Shown: positions 10,127-20,808, counted from the stretch's first letter. The stretch: 64,000 nt of DNA from Bdellovibrionota bacterium (GCA_965207455.1 CBDBMJ010000001.1:352001-416000), one strand, 5' to 3'. Notes: a model not told the origin generated them from the letters alone. A program made the numbers and translations.

Positions 10127-10396
10127 ATGACAGAAGAAATGATTTTGAGTTTAAGCAGGGAAACTATATTTACTACACTATTAGTTGCAGGTCCTATTTT
10201 AGCAATGGCTCTAATAACAGGTCTTTTTATCAGTATCATTCAAGCCATTACTCAAATAAATGAAGCAACCTTAACTTTTATACCAAAAATACTGGCAATC
10301 GTCCTAACAGTTTTAATCATGTCTCCTTGGATGACTGAAGTTATGACAAATTATACAAGAGAATTGATTATCTCAGTTCCAGATAGAGTTAGGTAA
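10127..10396 (+). CDS. fliQ: Export gate protein FliQ
   Basis: QAITQINEATLTFIPK. Confidence 0.96.
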   Translation: MTEEMILSLSRETIFTTLLVAGPILAMALITGLFISIIQAITQINEATLTFIPKILAIVLTVLIMSPWMTEVMTNYTRELIISVPDRVR

Positions 10397-10408
10397 TAGA
10401 GGTTATTT

Positions 10409-11200
10409 TTGAATATATATGATTTTGATTACGCACATTTCATTCTTTTTTTCGGCGCTTTTGTGCGCATATCTGCTTTCATGCTGGTCTTACCAATATT
10501 CAGCAATAATGCTATACCATCATTAGTAAAAATTCTTCTATCTTTTTCATTATTAGTCATATTATTTCCATCTATTCAAATTGGTTTCGCTAATGGTGTT
10601 CCTCGGATGGATTCTTTAGGTGATATTTTTGTTTTAGTGGCAAAAGAATTATTTGTTGGACTAACAGTTGGATTTTTAGCTAAACTCATTTTTGAATCTA
10701 TTGCTTTTGGCTTTTCTTATCTTGGACTGCAGATGGGATTTGGATTTTCTTCTTTGTATGATCCAAACACTGAAGCAAATACACCAGTAGTTTCTAAATT
10801 TCTTATGGTAATTGTTTCTTTATTATTTATTACATTTGATGGACATTACATGATTATCCTATCCATATCTGAAACCTTTAATGTGGTCCCATTAGGAAAA
10901 GTTTTTATACAAAAAGATATTTTTTCTTATGTTATTGAAACTGGTTCCCAACTTTTTTTAATTGCAGTTAAATTGGGAGCGCCAATGGCACTTATTATTT
11001 TTTTAATGAATATAACCTTTGGAGTAATTGCTAGAGCTGTTCCTCAGATAAATGTTTTAATTTTAAGTTTTACAATTAATATTTTAGTAGGATTTCTTGT
11101 TTTAATTGTGATGATTCCATCATTAGGCACCAATGTGGAAACTATTATGGGCGAGATGTTTATGAGAGTTTTAGGTGCTTTGAGGTATCTCCATGCCTGA
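10409..11200 (+). CDS. fliR: Export gate protein FliR
   Basis: Multi-TM; QMGFGF...YDP, DGHY, ARAVPQINV. Confidence 0.95.
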   Translation: MNIYDFDYAHFILFFGAFVRISAFMLVLPIFSNNAIPSLVKILLSFSLLVILFPSIQIGFANGVPRMDSLGDIFVLVAKELFVGLTVGFLAKLIFESIAFGFSYLGLQMGFGFSSLYDPNTEANTPVVSKFLMVIVSLLFITFDGHYMIILSISETFNVVPLGKVFIQKDIFSYVIETGSQLFLIAVKLGAPMALIIFLMNITFGVIARAVPQINVLILSFTINILVGFLVLIVMIPSLGTNVETIMGEMFMRVLGALRYLHA

Positions 11201-12278
11201 AGCAAATGATAATGACGATTCAGAAAATAAAACCGAAGAACCCACGGCGCAGCGCTATGAGGATTTCCGAAAAGAAGGTCAAGTAGCGCAGTCTAGGGAG
11301 TTAAATGCGTTTATTGTACTGATTTCATGTGTTTTAGTTATTTATTTAGGTTCTCCATCTTTTTTAGTTAATTTTTTAGAAGTTTGTAGAAATTTATTCA
11401 AAACCAGCGCAACGATTGCTTTTACAGATGTTGAAATTAAAAGAGTATTAATGACAGTTTTTAAAAGTATATTATTCACTGTACTTCCTGTGGCAATAGT
11501 GGGGTTTTTGGCAGGAATTTTAGGAAGTATTTTACAAATAGGATTTAATTTATCTTGGAAACCTTTAGAACCAAATATTGAAAAAATAAATCCAATAAAA
11601 GGATTAAAGAAGATATTTTCAATGACTTCTGTTGTGGAAGGTATAAAATCAATTTTAAAAATAGGTGGAATCTCTTATATTGCTTATTTAATTATTTCAA
11701 ACTCTATTCTTACTTCATTCAGTATGACAGATTTAGATACAAATACTTTTATTACTTATATTGGCAGTACTGGATTTAAAATGATAGGAGCCATATCAAT
11801 AGCATTATTTGTTATTTCCATGGGGGATTTACTTTATAAGAAATATGAATATAGACAAAAATTAATGATGACAAGGAAAGAGATAAAGGATGAGCTAAAA
11901 GAACGAGAAGGTGACTCACTGTTAAGAGCGAGAGTTCGAAGTGTGCAAAGAGAAATGGCACAAAAAAGAATGATGGATAATATACCTGATTCCGATGTTA
12001 TTGTTACTAACCCTACCCATATAGCGGTAGCGATTAAATATGACAATGAAAATATGGCAGCTCCCAGAGTAGTGGCCAAGGGAGCGGATCATTTGGCTGA
12101 AAAAATCAAAAGTATTGCAAAAAAATCTAATATTCCAAGGGTGGAAAATGTGCTTTTGGCTCGAACATTGCATAAGCATGTAGAAGTGGGTCAATACATA
12201 CCTAGAAATCTTTATGAAGCAGTAGCAAAGGTTTTAGCTTATGTATATGGTCTTAAAGGAAAAGTAATAGGTCGATAA
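11193..12278 (+). CDS. flhB: Export switch protein FlhB
   Basis: KTEEPT N-terminal motif and NPTH autocleavage site. Confidence 0.97.
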   Translation: MPEANDNDDSENKTEEPTAQRYEDFRKEGQVAQSRELNAFIVLISCVLVIYLGSPSFLVNFLEVCRNLFKTSATIAFTDVEIKRVLMTVFKSILFTVLPVAIVGFLAGILGSILQIGFNLSWKPLEPNIEKINPIKGLKKIFSMTSVVEGIKSILKIGGISYIAYLIISNSILTSFSMTDLDTNTFITYIGSTGFKMIGAISIALFVISMGDLLYKKYEYRQKLMMTRKEIKDELKEREGDSLLRARVRSVQREMAQKRMMDNIPDSDVIVTNPTHIAVAIKYDNENMAAPRVVAKGADHLAEKIKSIAKKSNIPRVENVLLARTLHKHVEVGQYIPRNLYEAVAKVLAYVYGLKGKVIGR

Positions 12279-12293
12279 GGAGTAAATTGCTAA

Positions 12294-14399
12294 GTGTCTG
12301 AACTTCAAGGAAAAAATACTTTCTTTTCTGTAACAAAAAGTGCAGATTTGAGCGTTGCTGTCGGTCTGATAGGAATTTTGGTTTTGATGGTAATGCCCCT
12401 TCCCGCCTTCATTATCGATATTTTTTTGGCGCTTTCAATTGGTGGAAGTATCCTTCTTTTGCTTACAGCGGTATATGCTAGGCGTCCGTTGGATTTCAGT
12501 GTATTGCCGTCCATACTTTTGACGGCAACATTGTTTCGCTTAGCTTTAAACGTAGCCTCTACACGTTTAGTGTTATTAAATGGCCCAACTGAGGGGGCTG
12601 CAGCAGCTGGAAATATTATTCAGAGCTTTGGGGAATTTGTTGTTGGCGGTAATTACGCAGTCGGTATCATTATCTTCATTATATTAGTAATTATCAATTT
12701 TGTTGTAATTACAAAAGGAGCTGGTCGGGTAGCTGAGGTGGCAGCTAGATTTACCTTGGATGCCATGCCAGGTAAGCAAATGGCTATTGATGCGGACTTA
12801 AACGCAGGTGCCATATCGGAGAAGGAAGCCAAAGAGAGGCGAGAGACCATATCTAAAGAGGCTGACTTTTATGGAGCAATGGATGGTGCCTCTAAGTTTG
12901 TGCGAGGAGATGCCATTGCAGGCATCTTAATCGTTCTTGTGAATATTGTTGGCGGTATTATTATAGGAACGATTCAAAATGGAATGAGTATTTCTGATGC
13001 TGCTTCTGTTTTTGTACTTTTAACGGTGGGAGATGGTCTAGTAACTCAAATACCTGCATTAATAATTTCCACGGCAGCAGGTATAGTGGTTACCCATGCT
13101 AGCGGCTCTCAGGATTTGGGTGGTGAGGTTCGATCTCAGATGATGTCCCAGCCAAAATCATTGGCTATTGCTTCTTTAGTAATGGCTTTTATTGGGCTTA
13201 TTCCAGGGCTTCCTGCCTTTCCATTTCTTTTTATCAGTGGTTGTTTGGCCTATATTTTTCATCGAGTAACGAAAAGCAAACGGAAAGAAGAGGAAATGAA
13301 ACTTCAAAGAGAATCCATGGAACAGGAGAAATCTGCTGAAAATAAAATTGAAAAACTGTTGGCAATGGACGTATTGGAGTTGGAGGTAGGATATGGTCTT
13401 GTTAATATTGTCGATCCAGATCAAGGCGGTGAATTACTTAGTAGAATCAATCAAATCAGGAGGCAGTTCGCTTTAGAATTTGGAATTATTATTCCCTCAT
13501 TACGGATTAGAGATAATTTACAATTAAACCCAGGTGAATATAATTTTATTTTAAAAGGAGTTTCTTGTGGTAGGGCTGATTTGGTTACAGATCATTTACT
13601 TGCCATGGATCCGGGAAGTGTTGTGGAATCAGTACCAGGTATTGATACAAAAGAGCCTGCGTTTGGTTTACCTGCAATTTGGATTAATCCAAATAATAAA
13701 GAATTAGCTCAAATGAATGGCTATACGGTTGTAGATATTTCTACTGTTATAGCCACACATATTACGGAGTTATTAAGAAAGCATTTATATACATTGTTGG
13801 GTCGTCAAGAGCTTCAGACTTTACTGGATGGTATTAAAGAGGAATATCCAAAAGTTGTTGAGGATTTAATTCCTGGAATTCTTCCGGTTGGTACAATTTT
13901 AAAGGTACTGCAGAATTTGCTCCATGAAGGTGTTCCCATTCGTGATTTGAGGACTATATTAGAAATTCTTGCAGATGAAGGGGCTAGCTCTAAAGATGTG
14001 ATTCTGCTTACAGAGCGCGTGCGCTGCGGCCTTCAGAGGACAATATGCTCCCGCTTGGTGAATGAGGATAAGGAAATTCATATTTTAACATTAGAGAGGC
14101 AAATTGAAGAAAATATTGCCAATTCTATAATAAAAACGGAATCAGGTGTGGAAATTTCTCCTGATCCAGATTTTGTTCAGAAACTTTTAGGTGCTCTGAA
14201 TGTGGATGTGGCTCGTTCCATAGAAGAATATTCCCAATCTATTGTGTTGTGCTCACCATCAGTGAGGTATCACTTAAAGAAATTAATTGAGAGATTTATC
14301 CCGAATTTAATAGTTTTATCTCATGATGAGATATCCCCAGAAGTAAATTTAAAGTCAATTGGAATAGTGAGGTTAAATAATGCAAGTCAAGAAATTTGA
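12294..14399 (+). CDS. flhA: Export apparatus protein FlhA
   Basis: FHIPEP signature RVAEVAARFTLDAMPGKQMAIDADL. Confidence 0.98.
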   Translation: MSELQGKNTFFSVTKSADLSVAVGLIGILVLMVMPLPAFIIDIFLALSIGGSILLLLTAVYARRPLDFSVLPSILLTATLFRLALNVASTRLVLLNGPTEGAAAAGNIIQSFGEFVVGGNYAVGIIIFIILVIINFVVITKGAGRVAEVAARFTLDAMPGKQMAIDADLNAGAISEKEAKERRETISKEADFYGAMDGASKFVRGDAIAGILIVLVNIVGGIIIGTIQNGMSISDAASVFVLLTVGDGLVTQIPALIISTAAGIVVTHASGSQDLGGEVRSQMMSQPKSLAIASLVMAFIGLIPGLPAFPFLFISGCLAYIFHRVTKSKRKEEEMKLQRESMEQEKSAENKIEKLLAMDVLELEVGYGLVNIVDPDQGGELLSRINQIRRQFALEFGIIIPSLRIRDNLQLNPGEYNFILKGVSCGRADLVTDHLLAMDPGSVVESVPGIDTKEPAFGLPAIWINPNNKELAQMNGYTVVDISTVIATHITELLRKHLYTLLGRQELQTLLDGIKEEYPKVVEDLIPGILPVGTILKVLQNLLHEGVPIRDLRTILEILADEGASSKDVILLTERVRCGLQRTICSRLVNEDKEIHILTLERQIEENIANSIIKTESGVEISPDPDFVQKLLGALNVDVARSIEEYSQSIVLCSPSVRYHLKKLIERFIPNLIVLSHDEISPEVNLKSIGIVRLNNASQEI

Positions 14400-15705
14400 A
14401 GCTCCAACCATACAGGAAGCCATTAATGTTATTAAGCGTGAAATGGGTCCAAATGCGATTATTTTGTCTAAAAAAGAGCATAAAAAAGGTTTTGGATTAA
14501 TGAGTAAAAAATCTATTGAGGTTACAGCAGCGGTCTCAAATGAAGAAATAGAAAAGAAAAATTTAATTGAAAGAGATTTACCAGAGAAAGATAAAAAGGA
14601 GATTTGGAGTAAGACTGTAAAAAAACAAAAGAAAGTGTATGGAAATTATTTTGAAAATCAATTATCGAATCAAGATAAAGACAGCATTGAAATAAGTTCT
14701 TTGGCTAAAGATAAATCTCAAGAAGTAGTTACTCAGAAAAGATATGCTTATATTGATGGGGATGATATCGAGCCCATAAGTGAAGGAGAGGAAAATATTG
14801 ACTCTTTATTAAAAGAGGTAAATGGATTGAAACAAGTGGTTCGAGATATGGCTGCGGATCGAAAAAAAGTTCAATATCAAGATTCCCCTGATTTATCTAA
14901 TATGGATTGGAGTGATGAACTAATAGAGGCTTATCACATGCTTGCTAATTCAGGTATGAAAAAAAGTTATGTTCGTGAGCTTATTCAAGAGGTGAATTTT
15001 GATTTAAAAGATTCAGATTATACAAATAAGGAACTGGTTCAAGAAAGATTAGCTACATGTTTGATGAAAAAAGTAACAATAGCGGATCCATTGAAGAATG
15101 TGGGTGCTATATCAGGTACTTCTGATCCCTCTATTATTGCCATAATAGGCCCCACAGGTGTGGGAAAAACAACCACGATAGCAAAGATTGCAAGCAAGGC
15201 CACTGCTAAAAATATCAGAGTAGGTCTGGTGAATTTAGATTCTTATAAAATTGGTGCTGCAGATCAATTATCTATGTATTCAAAATTAATGAAGCTCCCT
15301 TTTCGAAATACAAGAAAAAAAGAAGAGTTACAGCAGATTTTATATGATTTCAGTTCATTAGATTTAATCTTGGTTGATACAGTTGGCTCGAGTCAAAAGG
15401 ATCAAGATAAATTAGCAGAAATAAAGGGGTTGCTTTCTTCTATTTCGGGAATTAAATCTTTGTTAGTTTTAAGTGCATCTACTAGAGGTTCTGATGTTTC
15501 TGACATTGTTAAAAGATATAGTATACTTCAACCTCAAGGGGTGATTTTTTCTAAGCTAGATGAAACCAGTGCTTTTGGTTCCATGTTTAATATTCATTTG
15601 TCTTCTAAATTGCCATTAAGTTATTTTTGTGTGGGGCAAAAGGTTCCGGATGACATTGAAATGGCAAGTTCAGAGAGATTGGCAGATTTAATTTTAGATT
15701 TATAG
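14380..15705 (+). CDS. flhF: SRP-type GTPase FlhF
   Basis: MQVKKFEA N-terminus, GPTGVGKTTTIAK, SKLDE, GQKVPDDI. Confidence 0.95.
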   Translation: MQVKKFEAPTIQEAINVIKREMGPNAIILSKKEHKKGFGLMSKKSIEVTAAVSNEEIEKKNLIERDLPEKDKKEIWSKTVKKQKKVYGNYFENQLSNQDKDSIEISSLAKDKSQEVVTQKRYAYIDGDDIEPISEGEENIDSLLKEVNGLKQVVRDMAADRKKVQYQDSPDLSNMDWSDELIEAYHMLANSGMKKSYVRELIQEVNFDLKDSDYTNKELVQERLATCLMKKVTIADPLKNVGAISGTSDPSIIAIIGPTGVGKTTTIAKIASKATAKNIRVGLVNLDSYKIGAADQLSMYSKLMKLPFRNTRKKEELQQILYDFSSLDLILVDTVGSSQKDQDKLAEIKGLLSSISGIKSLLVLSASTRGSDVSDIVKRYSILQPQGVIFSKLDETSAFGSMFNIHLSSKLPLSYFCVGQKVPDDIEMASSERLADLILDL

Positions 15706-15732
15706 CAATTACATAAAAAGGAGGGATATTTT

Positions 15733-16590
15733 TTGGAATCAAAACAAAATAAAAGTGAGAATAAAAAGAAATTATGGAATGGAGAGGACTTCATGCGTAT
15801 TATTTCTGTTACTAGTGGAAAAGGCGGTGTTGGAAAATCAAATATTGTTTTGAATCTTGGAATAGCAATAAGAAAAATGGGATTGCGTGTATTGATATTA
15901 GATGGAGATTTTGGATTGGCTAATATTGATATATTAATGAACTTAAATATAAATGCTACTTTGTTTGATGTTTTAAAGAAAGATAAGAGCATTGATGAAA
16001 TCATTTATAAAAGTAAATACGGCATAGATATTATTCCATCTAGCTCTGGAATGTTGAGTATGACAAATTTATCTATTCATGAGAAGGCGCAGTTTTTAAA
16101 TTGCATGAAAGAGCTTGAATGTAAATATGACGTACTACTTATGGATACTGGTGCAGGAATAAATAGTGATATGATTTATTTAAATACTTCAGCAGATGAT
16201 ATTTTTGTTGTTACTACTGGAGAGCCAACGTCAATAACAGATGCATATGCTGTTATAAAAATCCTTCATAAGGAATACAAAATTAAAAAAGTAAATTTAT
16301 TAGTAAATCAAGTTCGAGATGATAATGAGGGTCTTGCCATATACAATAGAATTCATGAAGTTAGTGATAGATTTTTAAATGTTAGAATTGACTATCTTGG
16401 TTCTGTGAGATGGGATTCAAATGTAGTCGATTCTGTAAAAACGAGTCATCCATTTTTATCAAAATATCCAAATGGAATGGCTTCTTTGAATTGCAAAGAA
16501 ATAGCAAGAAAAGTGTACCGCACTCAACATGAAAATAATTTTCATTTAAGTAAGAAATGTTTTTGGTCGGCTTTAGTGGATAGAGCTTAA
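15733..16590 (+). CDS. flhG: MinD-like ATPase FlhG/FleN (alternative start ATG 15793)
   Basis: SGKGGVGKS, DGDFGLANID, DTGAGI, EPTSITDAYA; between flhF and fliA. Confidence 0.93.
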   Translation: MESKQNKSENKKKLWNGEDFMRIISVTSGKGGVGKSNIVLNLGIAIRKMGLRVLILDGDFGLANIDILMNLNINATLFDVLKKDKSIDEIIYKSKYGIDIIPSSSGMLSMTNLSIHEKAQFLNCMKELECKYDVLLMDTGAGINSDMIYLNTSADDIFVVTTGEPTSITDAYAVIKILHKEYKIKKVNLLVNQVRDDNEGLAIYNRIHEVSDRFLNVRIDYLGSVRWDSNVVDSVKTSHPFLSKYPNGMASLNCKEIARKVYRTQHENNFHLSKKCFWSALVDRA

Positions 16591-16610
16591 TAAATTAATG
16601 GAGGATTAAA

Positions 16611-17444
16611 GTGAATAAAGAAGTAGAAAAATACAAGAGTGTGGAAAATGAAGAAAATAAATCTTCCAATGACTCATATAAATCGAAAGCGCCAAAAAAT
16701 ATTATTATAGAGGGTCTTACGAAAGAAGAGTTAGTTATTCGTTATGCTTATTTAGTGAAATATTTAGCTCAGAAATTGGTGGTGCGATTGCCGGCTAATA
16801 TTGAATTAGATGATTTAATTAGCGTGGGAGTAATGGGTTTGATAGATGCCATAGATAAATATGATCCAAACAGACAAAATAAGTTTAAAACTTACGCGGA
16901 GTTCAGAATTCGAGGTAGTATGCTGGATGAGCTTAGAGCTCAAGATTGGGCTCCCAGGAGCGTGAGGGAAAAATCCAAGCGATTAGAGCGGACTCATGCG
17001 CAATTGATGCAAAAAACAGGTAGACAAGCAACGGAAGAAGAGGTTCGTACAGAACTCAAAATGAATCGAAAAGAATACCATGACTTATTATATGAGATAC
17101 GCACTGTATCATTAGTGAATTTTGAAGATATAGGGACTCTCAAAAAAGCAGATAAGAAAGCCGTAATGGATCTTGTGGATAAAGGAATAGTGCCTAATCC
17201 GCTGGCGGAAGCTAGCCGGAATAATATTAAGAAAGTAATAGAAAATGCTATTTATGCTTTACCTGAAAAACAAAGACTAGTTTTATCTTTATACTATTAT
17301 GAGGAGCTTAATTTAAGAGAGATAGGAGGAATATTGAATGTGACTGAATCAAGAGTAAGTCAACTTCATACGCAAGCAATTGTTCGATTGAAATCTAGAC
17401 TTAAAAATAGATTTGATGAATTTGTACAAATGTTTAATAAATAA
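16611..17444 (+). CDS. fliA: Flagellar sigma factor FliA (sigma28)
   Basis: FKTYAEFRIRGSMLDELR, LYYYEELNLREIG.IL.VTESRVSQLH. Confidence 0.96.
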   Translation: MNKEVEKYKSVENEENKSSNDSYKSKAPKNIIIEGLTKEELVIRYAYLVKYLAQKLVVRLPANIELDDLISVGVMGLIDAIDKYDPNRQNKFKTYAEFRIRGSMLDELRAQDWAPRSVREKSKRLERTHAQLMQKTGRQATEEEVRTELKMNRKEYHDLLYEIRTVSLVNFEDIGTLKKADKKAVMDLVDKGIVPNPLAEASRNNIKKVIENAIYALPEKQRLVLSLYYYEELNLREIGGILNVTESRVSQLHTQAIVRLKSRLKNRFDEFVQMFNK

Positions 17445-17455
17445 AATATTATTTC

Positions 17456-18511
17456 ATGAGACGCGACATACAAAAAAATATGGGAAGATTGGAAGAGCAA
17501 TTAAGTGAGCTAGAGGCAATTGTACTTAATTGTCCTTTACAAGAAAACGCAAATAAGTTAATCGATAATATACAAACTGCAAAAATCCGATCGCAACATA
17601 TTCGAGAAGAGATAGAAGAAGATATACTGTGGGGAGAGTACCGTTCTTTGGAGGAATTTTGTGATAATTTATCTCGATTTATTATCAAGGAATCAAATAA
17701 AAAAGGAATTAATATTTCTTTGCTCACCCATTTTATAGGGAAAGTTCCAGAATCTATTTTGAATAAAGTAAAACCTATTTTGGAGAGTTTGTTATATATT
17801 TGTTTGGAACGATTACGTGAAGAAGGGATTGAGAAAAGACTTGAAGGCAATAAATTTTCTTCCTCCACATTGCTTTTCCAAGCAACTAGTGATCATGACT
17901 GTTTTCGTGTGAAAATTATGGATGACGGACCGAAAGATGGCGAGAGTGTTGTGAGAGAAAAAATAGATTTTTCTAATATAGTTGAGCTTTCTGGAATTTA
18001 CATGTTTCGAAAATTAGAAAGATATGGATTAAATTTTGAATTGAAAATTCCCATTCCGAGAGTTCGTCCCTTGGCCTATATACTGAAGTGGGAAAGAGAA
18101 GTTTTTGCTATTCCAGGAATTTCTGTTATTGGGAAAATGGAAAAGCTGTATTTTTCTGATTTCTTTATTTCTGATGAAAAATTATTATGTTCTGTTAGAT
18201 TTAAAAATGAAAAAATTCCTATTTTTATAGTAAAATCTGGTTTAGAGCGCTTAGATCAAGAAAAATTAAAATCCTATTCCACAGATTTCTTCTGTGTAAT
18301 TGTGGTTGGAACAGTGGAGACAAAAATGGCTATTCTTACGGAAAAGATTCCTGATAGGCAAATGGTTCGTATGCAATTATTGGAAAAGGTATTATCTGAT
18401 GATTCTTGGTATAAGGGCTTTGCAATGTTTGATGAAGAAGGTAAGGAAAAAGTGGTTCCTTTACTGGATAGTAAAAGTTTAGAAAATTACTGTAGGATGT
18501 ATGGGATATGA
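17456..18511 (+). CDS. Degenerate CheA-like protein (dimerisation, eroded HATPase and CheW-like segments; no Hpt domain)
   Basis: CheA-like order of segments: helical hairpin, KVKPILES, EKRLEGNK, RVKIMDDG, GLNFELKIP, FAIP; N-box Asn and G2 box not present. Confidence 0.6.
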   Translation: MRRDIQKNMGRLEEQLSELEAIVLNCPLQENANKLIDNIQTAKIRSQHIREEIEEDILWGEYRSLEEFCDNLSRFIIKESNKKGINISLLTHFIGKVPESILNKVKPILESLLYICLERLREEGIEKRLEGNKFSSSTLLFQATSDHDCFRVKIMDDGPKDGESVVREKIDFSNIVELSGIYMFRKLERYGLNFELKIPIPRVRPLAYILKWEREVFAIPGISVIGKMEKLYFSDFFISDEKLLCSVRFKNEKIPIFIVKSGLERLDQEKLKSYSTDFFCVIVVGTVETKMAILTEKIPDRQMVRMQLLEKVLSDDSWYKGFAMFDEEGKEKVVPLLDSKSLENYCRMYGI

Positions 18512-20808
18512 AATCAGCTTCTGTTAACTCTAGCTTTACTTCCTATTTCTCTATTCTTTGCCTGTCAATCTTGCTTTTCTATGCTTTATTCTTGGTGTAT
18601 GGCTCACTGAATGATGCGTCTCGCCTTGGACTGGAGGCAACGAAAAAAGTAAGAGTTTTATCTGGCTTAAAAGAGACTTTTAAAAATATTGAAACTCCAA
18701 AAGATTATATTTCTGCACGTAAACAGCTAAAAAAGAAAAAATTTAATGGATTTATAAAAAAAGAATTAAAAGAGATTGAATCTTGGTCCAATAAGGCAGC
18801 ACTATCGAATAAAACCTTAATGAAAAACAAAAGGCTAGTTTTTTCTGAGATTTTTTCTCTGCATAAAAAAAATATTGTACCAAGAAAAATGCGACCTATA
18901 ATTTCAAGATCTATTCAAAATGTAAATAAATTATTTATATCCAATAGTCGCCCTGAGTTCATCTTGTTATTTACGGACACAGAAAAAGAAAAATTTTTGA
19001 AAATGAAAAAAAGTCTATCCAATTTGCCTAGGCGATCAATTTCGAGTATTGATTATGTGATTAATGCTTTGAATAAGTTAAGTAAATCTGCAAAGAAAAG
19101 TGTTTCCTTGGGAAAAAACAAGAAGAGTGCTGTAAGAAATATTAACATTGCATTGAGTAAGGAGATTTCGGGAATAGAGTCGAACTTATTAAAAAATATA
19201 AATCAATTGCAGAGAAATTTTTATTTGTTCTTAGTTGTTGTTATGTTTGTGATTTTTATGAGTATATTTGGTGTGAAAATGAGTGGAAAAAGCATTTCAG
19301 CAGCATTTAAAAAGAAAAAGAAAACACTCGGTCTTTACTTGAGCTTGTATGGTTATGATAAACCTGAAGAAGTACTTAAAGAAGTAGATAAGGTTATGGA
19401 TGAAGATAAAGACTGGAATGATTTTATACGAGAAGTTGCTTATCATGAGAAAAAGTTTATAGAAAAAAATTCAGCAGAACTTTCTTTGAGCAGGAGTACA
19501 CATTTCCCATTTGTTGTTTTTTCTTCAGAAGGAAAGGCAATTTACTGGAATTCTCATTTAGTCCGTACTTTGGGCGTGGGTTCCTATGATGAGGTAGGTT
19601 CTCTTTCTTTGAAAGAGTTTTTTAATCAAAGTAGTTTCTTTGATAAAGATAGGAATTTTTTAGAATCCTTTCCTTTGCCTTATAATGAATTTAGTTCCAT
19701 AAAAGAAATGGAATGTTTGGATTTATTTTTAAGGACAACCAAACAAGAAATGTTGCCAATTCGAGCATATATATACCCAATAGATACAGGAAAATTATCT
19801 GGTGGTATTCTGGTAGGTTTTGAAGATAGGAGCGATGCGGAGGAAGAAATTTCAAGAAAAATCACTGAAACTATAATGATTTTAGATGATGTTATTACGG
19901 TGATTTCCGAAGATAGCACCCAACCGCTACCGTATTTAGACTTAGAATCTGTATCTCCACAAGTATTACCATTACTGGAGAAATTTAAACGCTTGCAAAT
20001 TCATTTGAATGAAAAAGCAGATATTTTTAGAAGTGAGTTGGCAGCAGTCTTGTCATACGTGCAAAAAGAGCAAGAAATTTTACACCATATTCACAGGGAG
20101 TCAGAGGATTTAAGCAGTAAGCAAGATATCTTGCATTCCGCATTAGAGCAATTGAATCGAACAGATGGAATTTTGTCAAAAAATTGTTCTCTTGCAGAGA
20201 ATAGATTGGAGAATTTAATTCAAAGATGGAAACGATTGACTGTCGATATTGAAAATAAAGATAAAGCTAATACTAAGGCGAAAAGCTATGAAAACCAAGT
20301 GCAAAAAGTAGTGGAACAAATGCAAGTATGGGTTAAAGCTTTTTCTGAAGCTGTGGAAGTTATGAGGGAATGTAGAGATTGGGTGAAATCAGAAGCTATT
20401 AACGTCAACTTAAATGACAAGGAAAACAAAGATGTTTTTAGAGGGCGTGTGAGAAAATTCTCTATTTCAGTTTCTGAATTTTTTCATCAATTGGAAGCTG
20501 TGGAAAAAGACTTAAAAAGCTTTATTGATAAGCACCCGGGAGGAATGGACTTTTTGGGTATTGATAGTGGTGTGGATCTGAATCCAGTATTGGAAGAGAT
20601 GAGTAAAACTTATGAAGATATGGCACAGTACCTCGCACAGTGGAAAGATGGAAATCGAAATATTAAAGAGGCTAGTCAGAAAGCAGAAAAATTTCAAGAA
20701 ATTATACAAAAGTATGATTTAGAATTGAAGGTTCTCAATAAAAACTCCCTTGTTTTAAATGAGAATGCTTGCCAAAGCCTTGTGAGATGGAGTTCACCAA
20801 AGGCTTAG
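18508..20808 (+). CDS. Membrane protein with PAS-like domain and degenerate MCP-like coiled coil
   Basis: Two TMs flanking an extracytoplasmic domain; PAS-like FPFVVFSSEGKAIYWN...GGILVGFEDRS; C-terminal EAINVNL...VRKFS resembles the MCP ALNAAIE...VRKLA; ATGA overlap with upstream gene. Confidence 0.55.
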   Translation: MKSASVNSSFTSYFSILCLSILLFYALFLVYGSLNDASRLGLEATKKVRVLSGLKETFKNIETPKDYISARKQLKKKKFNGFIKKELKEIESWSNKAALSNKTLMKNKRLVFSEIFSLHKKNIVPRKMRPIISRSIQNVNKLFISNSRPEFILLFTDTEKEKFLKMKKSLSNLPRRSISSIDYVINALNKLSKSAKKSVSLGKNKKSAVRNINIALSKEISGIESNLLKNINQLQRNFYLFLVVVMFVIFMSIFGVKMSGKSISAAFKKKKKTLGLYLSLYGYDKPEEVLKEVDKVMDEDKDWNDFIREVAYHEKKFIEKNSAELSLSRSTHFPFVVFSSEGKAIYWNSHLVRTLGVGSYDEVGSLSLKEFFNQSSFFDKDRNFLESFPLPYNEFSSIKEMECLDLFLRTTKQEMLPIRAYIYPIDTGKLSGGILVGFEDRSDAEEEISRKITETIMILDDVITVISEDSTQPLPYLDLESVSPQVLPLLEKFKRLQIHLNEKADIFRSELAAVLSYVQKEQEILHHIHRESEDLSSKQDILHSALEQLNRTDGILSKNCSLAENRLENLIQRWKRLTVDIENKDKANTKAKSYENQVQKVVEQMQVWVKAFSEAVEVMRECRDWVKSEAINVNLNDKENKDVFRGRVRKFSISVSEFFHQLEAVEKDLKSFIDKHPGGMDFLGIDSGVDLNPVLEEMSKTYEDMAQYLAQWKDGNRNIKEASQKAEKFQEIIQKYDLELKVLNKNSLVLNENACQSLVRWSSPKA

